Below, in pieces: positions 13,755-27,709 of a stretch of 64,000 nt of DNA. The stretch comes from the human T2T-CHM13v2.0 reference genome, Homo sapiens. The notes under the pieces are model-generated. The model saw nothing but the letters and a program-made list of their open reading frames with translations. It was not told the DNA's origin and made no database searches. Position numbers and translations under genes: made by a program. The stretch is from assembly GCF_009914755.1 (NCBI RefSeq), contig NC_060927.1, one strand, 5' to 3'. The first letter of the stretch is position 1; the number at the start of each line of letters is the position of its first letter.

Positions 13755-14674
13755 AAGAAGCAAAGCAAGTACAGCATCCACTCCAAGCTCCCCCCACTCC
13801 ACCCCTGCAGCCACCAGCACAGGGTGTAATGGAGAAGAGTGCAGTGAGCGGGCAGGGGGACAGCTTCCTAAATCCAGAGGAGCACCAGACCGAATCTCCA
13901 GCCGCTCTTCCCAGGAAGCTGCCTGCCCTTGGGATAAAATATCTGAAGTAACTTAACCATCATATCTCTGTCAGGAGGATGGGGGGCTGGGGACAGAAGG
14001 GTTTGTTCATCAAAACTCTCTCCTCGCCACAGTCTGGAGGTTCTCTTGTTCCAGAAGAGGATGGTGTTGGAGGGAGCCCCAGCCATGACTCACTCGGAGC
14101 TAATCCTTAGCAAATCTATCACCATGGAAACTGCCAATCATCCATGCTTTTCATAGCTTAACCGAACATCTGCCAGGAGACAGCAAGTCATACAAACCAT
14201 TCGTCCTGCCTATTGTGTTTACAATTGGGGCCCTGAAAAACAGAGACAGAGACACGGAGGGCAGCTCTCCACAGCAGGGTGACGGCCCAACTCTGGCCAC
14301 TAATCAGCTTCGTGACCTCTGTCGGGTCCTTCATAAGCTCCTCTGCACCCCTCCTCCCCAGCTGGTAAAATAAAGGATCAGATCAATGATTCTTCACCTC
14401 GGTTGGGCCAATGAGAGTGAGAGGGACAGGAAAGCAGGTCCCCTAAGAGGGGTGGGGCAGAGAGGCCTGTGTAGTTACAATCTATGCGCTATTATCATTT
14501 TACATTTGAAAGCTTTCAAAATAATACTCATAATTTAAATCACAGAAAATAAATCTTGACTCATCGTCTTAGGTAGCTATAGCTTTTTCAGCGGAAGGAC
14601 AACGACACTCCATCTCTGAGCCAGAATGTCCAGTGTCTGTGAGGCTTTTAGTATCATTATCAAAAGTGAATATA

Positions 14675-14999
<325 letters not shown>

Positions 15000-15752
15000 T
15001 TAAAAAGACAAAAGCTTGGGAGTTGGACTAGCTGATCTCACATGTGAGTCCAGCTCATACTCTGGGCTACTGGGTGGCACCTTCAAGCCTCAGGCTGCTG
15101 CTAACTCCTGCCTGGAGGGAGAAGCTGGAGGGGAGGCTCACCGCCCCCTTCCCCCACTCACACCAGGCATCCTCTCTCTTAGGAAAGCCAGCCGTGGGAG
15201 CAGAGTGGAGGGGCACATCAGGGCCACATTGCCAAGACAAACCCCTGGTGCACCTGAGGACGCCCGAGACATTCCCTGCACAGTGTGACCAAGCAAAGAG
15301 GCCTTCTGCCCTGCCTCTAGGGTAAATGCTAACCTGGTATCTTGGCCCAGGGGTCTTCACTCAGTGGGGACACTGCCAGGCTCCAGAGAACACTCAGATG
15401 GTTTTCAATTTGTGTGTGGAAGGAAAGAGGAAGACAGGCTGGGAAACATCTTCAGATGTTAACTTTGTTTAATTCCCTCTGTTTTTCCCTTTTCCTTTTC
15501 TGTCCATTCAGGAGGAAGCTGACCTATATTCTCTTGTCTTGTGGGAGACAAGAGGCAGAGAGGAAGCAGAATTTGCCTGTGCACTGTTTTGGCTTCTGTT
15601 TCTCAAAAGCCTAGGTCCTTAGAAGATTTTGGAGGGAAACAGAAAAGAAACAGCAGAATCGCTGGGGAAAACATGAGGCGACAAGGAGAAAAACTATCAC
15701 ACAGTTTGTGGGGCCACATAAAAATACAAATGCAGAATCAAAAATTATTAAG

Positions 15753-16053
15753 ATTTTTTTTTTATTTTTTGAGACAGAGTCTTGCTCTGTCACCCAGGCT
15801 GGAGTGCAGTGGCACGATTTCAGCGCACTGCAATCTCTGCCTCCCAGGTTCAAGTGATTTTTCTGCCTCAGCCTCCCTGAGTAGCTGGGATTACAGGCAT
15901 GCCCTACCACACCTGGCTAATTTTTGTATTTTTAGTAGAGATGGGGTTTCACCATGTTGGCCAGGCTGGTCTCAAACTCCCGGGCTCAAGTGATCTGCCC
16001 ACGTCATCCTCCCAAAGTGCTGGGATTACAGGCGTGAGCCACCAGGCCCGGCC
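15753..16053 (-). mobile_element. AluS SINE
   Basis: Full dimer in reverse orientation. Confidence 0.9.
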
Positions 16054-16759
16054 CAAGAATTTTAGTAACAGCAAAGCCTTAAAACAAGCATGAGTCCCTT
16101 CTCAGGGTGGGGACAGTGTAAATGCATAGGTCACACACCCAGAAAGCTGGCCCTGGACAGGAGTGTCCCCATATTTGACAGAAGATTGGTTCTGGAGTCG
16201 GGGGCAGGGAGAGAGAGAGGCTGTTCCCAGGTTCTGGGGAAATGAGGACCTGGAACCCCCACCCCGCCAACTCCCTGGCAGTACTGGTGGGGAGCCGGTA
16301 AGACCCCCAGAAGGAAAGGTTTGGGGAGTACATAGACCCTAAGCATAGGGTTCCCAATCTCAGATTTCCAGTCCTTGAACGTGGCTCAGAGGCAGCACAA
16401 ACCTGAAAGGCCCTATGGACAGGACAATGGGAAGGCCTGGTTCTGTTTACAGATAAGGAATTGCAGAGCCCCCCAAACATGTCTGGGTACTGTTTAAAAC
16501 CCTAAGCCCCTGGAGCTGGTGCAGAGCATGGCAGGAGCAGGTGGAGGCATGCTGAATTACTGCTCTTACTTTTAAGCCATCCTGGCAGAATGAAGGCTTA
16601 GAGTCGGAGACTGACTCTTTTTGTTTTATAAAAATGAAAGCGACGCACTATTTCTGGCAAATCTGGATTTGTAGACCAGGATTCGACCTGCCACTTCCAA
16701 GCCCTAGTTCCAGGCTCATTTCCATGGCCGAGCCTTAAGAAAAGTCAGGCAGGAGGCTG

Positions 16760-17480
16760 ACACAGTGATACAAGTGATAGATGAAGCTGGGACCAGAGTG
16801 GTCAGGTGGTAGACATAAGGAGAAGTAGAGAGAATCTAGCAACTCTTAGGAGGTAAAATTGACAAGACTTAGAGGGCACTGGAAAGAAAGAGGGAGGTCT
16901 GATCACTGGCATAAGCATTTGGCTGGGTGGAGGTGCCATTTACTGACATCAGGAGTACAGGAGGAGGACAAGTTGAGGGGTAGGTGAGATGGGTTTGGTT
17001 CAAACTTGTTCGGTCCAAGATACCCAAGAGAAGATGTCACATGGACAACTGAATGTATGATGTGAAGCTTGGAAGAGAAGTCTGGGCTGGAAGTGTAAAT
17101 TTTGGAGTCACCAGTTTTGAGGGTGGTTATTCAACAATAAGCATGGATGAGACTCCAAGGAAAATAGTTGAGAAAGAGATGTGAGGGCCTAGGAATAGCT
17201 TGAAGATCCCCAACATTGGACAGGCAGGTGGAGGGGATGCACCTATAAAGGCAAGTCAGAGAGTAGGAGGGAGCTGAGAAGCCTGCATCGTGGAAGGCAA
17301 GAGAAATGCAAGGGGAAGTGGGTTGTTGCTGAGAGTTAAATAAAGTGAGAGACTAAAAATGCACGCTGCATTTAGTAACAAGGAAGTCACTGGTGAAAGA
17401 GCCATGTCATTGCAGAGACAGGCTTGCAATTCCCAAAGGAGAGACTGGGAGAGTTGAGTAGGGGATACAAGAATGGACAT
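16760..17480 (-). mobile_element. L2 LINE relic
   Basis: ttaggaggtaaaattgacaagactt...ggtgccatttactga...agaagtctgggctggaagtgtaaattttggagtcacc is L2-like. Confidence 0.7.
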
Positions 17481-17746
17481 GGGGAGCCATGTTGTTTGGC
17501 TTTGAAGAGGAGAGGGAAAGGCTATTGCTATAAGGAAAAGTGGGATTGAGGAAAATCAATTAAAGATGATTAAAGTTATTGTCTTTTTCATTTTCACAGC
17601 TTTATTGAGGTATAACTAACATTCTATAAGATGTACATGTTTAAAGTGTAACAACTTGAAAAGCTTTGCTATATGAATATACCCATAAAACCATCACTAT
17701 AATCAGGAATACACACACACACACACACGCACACACACACACACAA

Positions 17747-18773
<1,027 letters not shown>

Positions 18774-20032
18774 AGTTATTTATTTTTATTATTGAGTGGT
18801 TTTCTATTGTGTGGCTACATCATAGTTTATTTATGCACTCACCTGTTGATGAACATTCAAGCTATTTCCAGTTTGGGACTATTAAAATTTAAGCTGCTTG
18901 GAAGTTCATGTACAAATCTTCATATGAACACAGGCTTTTGATCCTCTGCAGTAGATAACTAGGCATGGAATAGCTGGATGTAATTTTTAAGAAACTGTCA
19001 AACTTTTTTCCAAAGTCACCGCACCATTTTACATTCCCTTCAGCAGTGCATGAGGGTTCTGGTGTCTCCACATCCTTGCTAACACTTGTATGGACAATCT
19101 TCTCAATCTTAGACACTCTAGTAGCTTCTCCTTCTTTTTCTGTCCCTATCCCATTTGGGGTGGGGACAACAAGTAAGGAAATGGCCATATGTAGGAGGGC
19201 AGAGGGAAAGGAGAGAGAGACAAGGAGACAAGACAGATATCCTCTGGCCATCAATACTCTCTTGATCAAGAGTGAAATGCTTTTCTCTCTTCATTAAGAG
19301 TCTGTTCCCTGGGGACAAGCCCAGTCACTAGCAAATGTTATTTTTTATGGAGCATCTGGTCAACATGTTAGCTTATTGCCTTCCAGGCCAGGGACCCAAG
19401 CATGGGGCAGGAGCCCTACAGGGACCTTGGCTGTGGGAGGCTCCTCTACAGTCACTGCAGAGCAGGAACTTGGGGAAGGGAGGGTAAGGAGATTCATTCC
19501 TCACCCCCGCGATACTGGTTTGGCTCACACCTGATACAGCAAGAAAACAAAAGACAATAGTGTTTCTCTGCCCTCTGGGAGAAGATGTGCTGGTACGGGT
19601 AGGGGGAAGGGAAGTTTCGATTCCAGGTATGCACTTATTCCACCTGTGGAAAGAGCGGCTTGTCCTGCTGAGGAATCCGTCCTGTTCAGCCCTATGAGAT
19701 ATGTATCCTTTCTATGAACAAAAGGTGTCAATGTATAAGGAGTGAGGAGGATTAAATCATATCGAAGGCCTTCAGTAAACTCTGTTAAAATAATAGATTT
19801 TTATGTTTGAGGCCAGGGGTTCAAGACCAGCCTGGGCAACATAGTGAGACCCTGTCTCTACAAAATACATACATAAACAGATAAAATAACAAAATTTTAG
19901 TCAAAGCTAAGCCCATATCTAAAGTTGGATATACATACCAAGAGCACCTGCAGGCCAATGATGATGCTGAATTTTGGAACCAAGAATGTATACCCCTAAT
20001 TTGAGAGTAAAAAAGAACCCAGATTACAATAC

Positions 20033-20146
20033 CTGTAGCCGCTGGGAAGAAAACCCCAAAGACAGTGAAAAAAGATTCCCCCGGGCTGTAATCGGGCAGC
20101 GTGTTGTTCTGTAGCAGTTCGGGTGAATATCCAATGAAACCATGTT
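20033..20146 (-). CDS. SLC12A8: SLC12A8 internal coding exon (114 nt; [38 protein letters not shown]; phase 1 to 1)
   Basis: Acceptor TTTCAG|AAC and donor ACAG|GTATTG. Contains the SLC12 TM6 motif [10 protein letters not shown] and an N-N-T sequon in the predicted extracellular loop. Confidence 0.97.
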
Positions 20147-22258
20147 CTGAAATAAAGCAATGGAGAGCAACGTAAGCCCAGTGAGAAGACACAGGACACA
20201 TTTCCCTAGATTATGGTACTATTTCATATATCGCTTTAAATATTGGAAAGGTAGGGGCATGTATGTGACACACAGCGACAGAGCGGGTCTGCAGAACCAT
20301 CTACCTTCCCACTTCTAGGGTTGACTTTTGTGTGCTGATCCCATAGACACAGGTGGATGACATAACATGAAAGGAAGCAGTGGTTACTTCTGGGAAGGGG
20401 AGCATTTTCATCTTTTGCTTCATAGACTTTAATATAGCTGAAATATCTTTCAATGAGCATGTATTTATATGTTTGTTTTCCATTTAAAAAATTAATCGAT
20501 ATTTGCAAGTTACTTCCGTACTCGAAAACCTTCCACGGGTCCCTAATAGCTACAGAATCAAGTCCAAACTCCTATCAAAGCCTCCACAACCTGGCAACAG
20601 CCACCGCTCCCTACTCATCCCTTGCTTTTTCTCCTCCCCAGCAGCCACACCCTGAGGAAGGCCACCCACACCCACCCCCCTGCCTTCGTTAGGCAGTCTC
20701 CTGGCCTTCCAGACTCTTCTCCCACATCTCTAAGCATCGTAGTGGGCCAACTCTTCAAGCTCAGCCCAAATGGTGCTCCTTTGGGCTTTATAAGCACTCC
20801 CTAATCAGAATCTATTCCTCCCCCCTCACTGCTCTTGACGCTAGGTCTGGCCACAGTAGGACTTTCCCCAACTAAACTCCTTGAGGCATGAAATCCAGGT
20901 CTGCAGATCTCTATCCCCCAGAGCCAAGCACTGCACTGGTGCACAGTAGGTAGGTTGCAAATATGGGTCACGCTGAAAAGAACCTTTCTCTTAGATCTCT
21001 CAGCCTATGGACACATCTCGCTTCCACACTTTCAATTTGACTTGTTCACAGCCTACTTCATAGCAGGAACATCTCAGATCTCATTTCCTCAAAGCATTTT
21101 AAACATTTTTGTACATCGACTTTAACAAACTTTTTTCAAGTGGTTTCAACCCTGCAGGCACGTTGCTTCTTTGTCAAAGGAGGTCACTTTGAACAGCATC
21201 TGTGAACATGCTAGTGGGCTGTGGAATTTTAAGACACAAGTCAAGTGTTGTTGGTTTCAGGAACACCCAGGATATTCAGCCTCTGCTTCTGAATCTTGCC
21301 TCTGAGAAGGAGTTGGTTTGTTCCTATTAACTGTCGTCCAAGAGAAGCCAATCCCTGCTCCTTTTCCCTCAACCCCTGTAGTCCCGTAGGATGGGTATTC
21401 AGCTGTCACTCCATAGCCAACCCTAGGGTTTCAGGGACAGAATTTCCCCAAGCCTCATCCTCCAACCGCTCGGAGCTTAATTACAGCCCAAGCTTCCATC
21501 CACAAAAGAAGGCTCCTGCCACTCTGATGAGTCCAATGAGGTCGCCCGCACTTCACACAGCTTCCAAGATTCATAACTTCATAAGAAAAATATTTTTTTT
21601 AAAAAATAATGAAACGAAATCTCAGGGAAGCACAAGGGACCCTTGGGAGTCCAGTCAGGACTTAAATCATTGTCAATTGCTTTATTTTGCCTGAACACAG
21701 AATTTGTTCTGGCATATTCAATCCCAAGTGCTGTACAACTTTTCTGAATGGTTTGGCGTTTTTGTAGCTGGCCCTCCCCTCATTAACAAAAAAGCAATAA
21801 TAGCTAAGTTAACTTTAGCTTATCCGCTGGCTGACCTCACTGATGAGTCTTAAGGAGGAGAAAACCAGCCCAGCCTGCCTTGGAACCCAGCTCAGCCAAG
21901 CTGGACTAATGTGCAGGTCGGAAAGCACATCTGAGCGGAGGGCTGTGTGTGCCCTGCAGGCCCGCCTCGCAGGACAGAAAACGCTTCATCAGGCATATTC
22001 ATCTCCAAGGGCCCAAGGGCGGCCCTGACACAGGGGAATATTTGGTCACTGGGCCTGAAGGGCTTTGCCCTGGCCAGCCTGAAGGTTCAGAGGGATTTCA
22101 GGCCCAATAGATGAGTCACTGGGAAGCCTTTTCTCTGCCCATCCCTTCAGCAAGACCCACAGGCTGAGATAATGAGTCACTTGGCTCCCTCGTGGGCCTG
22201 CCTCAGTTGCCATCTCTTGCAGGGCCAATGAGAAATGCAGCCCTGCCACATTCACAAA

Positions 22259-22342
22259 GTGCACACTCACGCTGACACACGCTCACGCTCACACGCTCAC
22301 GCTCACACTCACGCTCACACTCACACGCTCACACTCACACTA
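22259..22342 (+). repeat. (CACGCT)/(CA) mixed microsatellite
   Basis: cacgctcacgctcacacgctcacgctcacactcacgctcacac... Confidence 0.9.
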
Positions 22343-22483
22343 CTGCTGGCCCAGCCTGCTCTGGGCTGAAGCCAAGCTCAGTTCTGAATCTTGCTCTAGG
22401 AAATAGTCTTAACTTTGCAAAGAACGCTATGGACAAAAATATGTGTCAATGCTTTGTTTACAATAATGTAAAATCGGGGGAGG

Positions 22484-22823
<340 letters not shown>

Positions 22824-23092
22824 TTATGTGGAACTGAGACATTTTAAATGCTTATAAAGAGTTTTTAGTATAAGAGAAAACTGTCCATGTTATATATACT
22901 ATATGCTAATTCAGAAAACTGGATGCCATTTATAGTATAAATACAAAAAAAGGTGTATTAATCTATACATGTAAGAAACAGCTAGAAGAAAACACACCGA
23001 AATACTAACTGTGGTTGTTTGTATAATGCAATTACAGGCAATTCTTGTACTTTCTTTTTTTATTTCTACAAAACATCCACATTTAAGTTAAA

Positions 23093-23210
23093 GGGCTGAG
23101 TGCAGTGGCTCATGTCTGCAATCCCAGCACTTTGGGAGGCTGAGGTGGGAGGATTGCTTGAGCCCAGGTGTTTTAGACCAGCCTGGGCAACACAGAAAGA
23201 CCCCTTCTAC

Positions 23211-23253
<43 letters not shown>

Positions 23254-23372
23254 AGCAGGGCATGGTACTAGCTACTCAAGAGGCTGGGGTGGAAGAATCA
23301 CTTGAGCCCAGAAGGTCAAGGCTGCAGTCAGCTGTGACTATGCTACTGCACTCCAGTTTGGGTGACAAAATA
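23093..23372 (+). mobile_element. AluJ with a (CA)n microsatellite grown from the central A-tract
   Basis: A (CA)~19 run at ~23213-23251 separates the two arms. Confidence 0.88.
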
Positions 23373-25018
23373 ATTTTTTTAAATGAACATAATCTACTTG
23401 TCATCAAAAAATATCTTTTAGGAAAACAAACAAAACATCCCACAATTGAAAGCCCACTTTCTCGTCAGCTTTTCTATGTATGAAGAGCTTTTCTTTCTTT
23501 CCGTTTGTACTCTGTTTCCCAAAATGACTTGAGTGGCTTATGAGAAAAACATAAACAAGACAGGAAAAATAAAATAAGGACCAAAGAAAGAAAGAAACTG
23601 AGCAAAAGAGAGAGAGGGTGAGAACACCCCCAGTCGTACCTCCATGACCCACAGTCTGAGGCCTTATTCAGAGAGAATTTTCTAACTCTTTGACCAAGCG
23701 CACTGAGGCAGGGCATTGGATCTGGTGGCCCATCCCTCACATGGGCCACTTTCCAGTGGACAACAAGGAGCCCCCAAAGCTGGCACAGTGGACCCTGCCT
23801 CATTTCCTCTGCCCCTATTTTCCCAGGCCCTCATGACTTGCACCCCTCACCTATCACCACCCCACCTCACGGTCCCCTGTCCTGAGCCAGTCCCCAAAGA
23901 GTCTTGCTCACTGGTCCCCATCCTGCCTGCTGGGGCCTGGGTCTCTTTCCCACACCCTGAACCTGGTGGCCCACCCAGACCTCAGGCATGGTTGACTCTC
24001 TGTTGGGCTTATGCAGAGTGGGTGCCCAGGGGAGGCACTCATGTCTCTGACTGGCCGGTACTGGCTAGCTAAGCATGGTGTGAGGTCAGTGGGTCACACC
24101 CAGGGTAGGGCTGAGGTCCATGCCGCCTGCCATGCCCTCCGACAGTGGCTCTTAATGCCTGACTTGCTGATGCCCAGAACAAAGGTTCCTAATTCTTTTA
24201 GTTGCCCCCATTTGAGAGTCTGATGAATACCATGGTCCCTGTCCCCATAGACACCACATTTTGCATACCATTTTGGGGAAGGGCAGATTTCTGAAGCCTC
24301 TCTGGAGAGCATGGACCTTAAGGTTCGAGACCTCTACTCTAGCAGCTACATCTGCACGTGAGATTGTCCCGCCAGGAGGCACCTACAACTTCCCAAGGCC
24401 TGACTGCCACCATGCCCTGCCTCAGAGTGGACAGCAGCCCTGAGAGTGACATAGCCAATAATGTCTTCATGCCACAGTCCTTGCCAAGCAATGGCCAAGA
24501 CTGTGTGCACAGAGATTGTGCAGGTCACTCCAAGGACACCACAGGGCAACCTCACTTCTGAAAATAATGCTGAGCGACCAGTGACTGAACCCTTCCTACG
24601 TGCCAGCCACTGAACAACAAGACCTTACAATGTCATACTTGTACGATGACTAACTGAGGACACTGAGGCTCCGGAACGTGAAAAAGCTTGTCCGAGGGTT
24701 ACATAGCCAGATCTGCCTGTATTTCACCCACTGCCTCTCCCGGTGGCAGAAGCCAGGCCTCTCTCCAGGAGGTGGGTTCCCAGGCCCTGGCACTGCACCC
24801 CCTTACAGCACAGGTTGCCTTTCAGCCCCAGGAAACATGCCCACAGAGATCATGGCATCTCCCCCGGCCCCATTTGTGTAGGGCAGACAGGAGTCCTATC
24901 CTGTGGAACACCATGTGCCTACCGGTATGCAACTGGCTGGAGCTTACACAGCTGGGAGGACACAGCCTGTCCTGGACCCCACATCTGAGTGAATTCAGGC
25001 CTCCATCTACCACACTGA

Positions 25019-25363
<345 letters not shown>

Positions 25364-25829
25364 TGACATCTTTCAACTCTCGAAGGCCTGGGATGCCTGG
25401 GGCCTGCAGCTGCTGCGTGTGAATGGATCTGGGTTTGACCTGAACATCTGTTTCTCTATCCACGGAATAAAAATACTTTGGTCCAGTTTGAGCTGTATGC
25501 TTTTAGGAAGAACAAAAACAAAAAGGGGGGTGGGGTGGGGTGCGGGTAAGAGAGAGAACAAATGACAACAAGACCCAGGCAGGAACAGGCAGAGGGAAAG
25601 TCCTTGAAGCTCTGTCTGCAGAAAGGCTTGATCTTTCCACCCGGAATTCGGGTAATTCAGGCTTCTTGTGATGTGGCCAGTGGGCTGTGGCTCTTCAGGG
25701 CCCACCATCTGCTCCCAAGGGGTGCTCGTGGGAGCCTACCCTCCTCCCCTTAGCCAAAGGCAGGCAGCGGGGGTCACTAGTGGGACTGAGAACTGCTCCA
25801 GCAGGGCTGCTTGGGGTGCCCAGCAGCCG

Positions 25830-26630
25830 GGCATGGGACCCTTGCCCTGGGTAGGCGGCTGCTAGGGGCTCTGGGTGGCACCTGCGGTGCCCCCGACATC
25901 CCCTCCCCCTACGCCGCTGGGGGCTGCTGAAATTAGAAGAGGGAGTCGGGAAGTCATACCCCTCCCTGTGGGCGTCGGGTTGCACTGTTGACTAACTTAG
26001 AAAGCGAGATTTCTAAAAATGATGCTGGGGCTGCAGGCTGCGGGCTGCGGGCTGCGGACTGCGGGCTGCTGCCGCGGCCGGGGCTTCCGGCGGCGCTCTC
26101 TTCTGGGTCCCCCACCCCTGGACCAGCGACCGACGACCAGCCAGACAGCCCTTTCCTGCGAATGGACAATGGGAGAGGCTGGCGCAACCGAGAATAGCCA
26201 GCGCGGAGGAAGGGCTCCGGACGGAGCTAGGAGGGTGGGGCTCGGAGGGCGCAGGAAGAGCGGCTCTGCGAGGAAAGGGAAAGGAGAGGCCGCTTCTGGG
26301 AAGGGACCCGCACGACGACGCCCGAAGGGCGTCGGGGGAAGTGGTAGGCCCCGGAGACTGCGCGAGGCTCCTCAGCAAAGGAAGTGGGCGCGGCGCGCAC
26401 GCAAGACCTCGCACCCGGCCTCGCGCGCCGCCTCTGGACAGCCCAGCGCCTCTCAGCACCTGTACCTCGCCAGACGCGGCCTCACGGAGACGGGGATCTG
26501 CAGCCAATCCGAAACTGCCTGACCCAGGGGGTCCGCGGAAAGGGGAGGAAGGGGAGTGTCCACGGGCCCCATCCTGCCACTTGTCACCCACAAGAGTTCC
26601 TTCCCAAGCAGCCCCATCCTCGCCCGGACA
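25830..26630. promoter_or_regulatory. Intronic CpG island, candidate alternative promoter or enhancer
   Basis: Sharp rise in GC and CpG content in non-repeat sequence. ETS motifs GGAAGTG (26337, 26380) and CTTCCGG (~26084), CCAAT (26504-08), NRF1-like GCGCACGC (~26395). Confidence 0.8.
26029..26070 (+). repeat. 7-bp tandem repeat (GGCTGCG)x6, imperfect
   Basis: ggctgca ggctgcg ggctgcg ggctgcg gactgcg ggctgct. Confidence 0.9.
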
Positions 26631-27635
26631 CTCACTCAGATACTGCCCAGCCCCAGATGGGCTAAGAGGCACAGAGATGGGCAATTAAACACAGCAGGCC
26701 TGGCCTGCCTGGGCTGGGGATGGGGTTTTTCTTCTGGGAGCTGCAAAGGGTGAAGCAGTTACAGGTTATCAGGGAGGAGCCCAGTCAAAACTGAACTCAA
26801 GGAGGATAGATTTGGGAGAAGTCCCTGCCATGCTTATCCTCCCTCGGCGTGAAGCACAGGGCCCCCTTCCAGGCACAAGGACCCTGAAGATCTCTGGGTG
26901 GAGGAAGGCAAGAACAGTGGCAAAATCAGGAATCAGGAACCAGGGTTCGGGCCCTGGTTTTGCGAGGACTCACTGTGGGACTGTAAACAAGCCCTTTTCC
27001 CTCGGAGCTTTGAAACGCAAATTTTGAGTCAGCGAGACTGGCATGGGCCAGAGACCCAGCCTTCCTAATGAGCTCCCCGGAGATGCCACGCTCCTGCCTG
27101 CAGATCGAACTCTCAGTAGCACAGTACGAGATGATTTTTCAGAACCCTTCTAATTCTGAAGTCTTCCCAGCCAGAAGCCCACTCTCAGGCCTCTCAGGAC
27201 ACACTGTCCAAATACACAGTTGGTTTCCAATGGCAGAGGTAAAATCTCAAACCAGCTTCCATAACATGCCCTCCTCCCTTCCCTGACCCTGTGATTGTTG
27301 ATACAGGATGTGCTCCAGAACCGTGAAACAAGCTCACTACCACAGTTTCATATGTTAATAAAACCTTACTGGCCGATAATGAGAGATTACATGGAAGGGC
27401 AGAGAGATGAGGAAACCTTCATGGTCTAATTCATTGGCCTGTTTTAACAACTGAGGAAACTGAAGTGCAGAGCTGAAGCCAACTGTTCAAAAGACACGCA
27501 GAGTCAAAAGGGGAACAGTAACCCTAACTGAGAATACAGTTTGGAGTCCAGATAGTATCAAGTCCCAATCTGTTGGGCTCTCCCATTGAACTGGGTCATA
27601 ACAATCCTGGTACAACTATTGGTGTTCAATAAAAG

Positions 27636-27709
27636 TGTTTTGAAATAGAACTGAATCGGCTGTATTGCGTTGGACTGTTTTGAAATTAAACTGAATCGGG
27701 CTGTATTGC
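27636..27709 (+). repeat. Two-copy tandem duplication, period about 40 bp
   Basis: tgttttgaaatagaactgaatcggctgtattgc and tgttttgaaattaaactgaatcgggctgtattgc. Confidence 0.85.

Noticed and set aside
26405-26445. CTCF motif in the CpG island
   Set aside because: CCAGAGGCGGCGC is only a partial, mis-spaced match to the consensus; not callable by eye.
26013-26688. Overlapping 115-223 aa ORFs on both strands
   Set aside because: Stop-codon depletion in a CpG island; low-complexity Pro/Arg/Gly/Ala translations with no recognisable domain.
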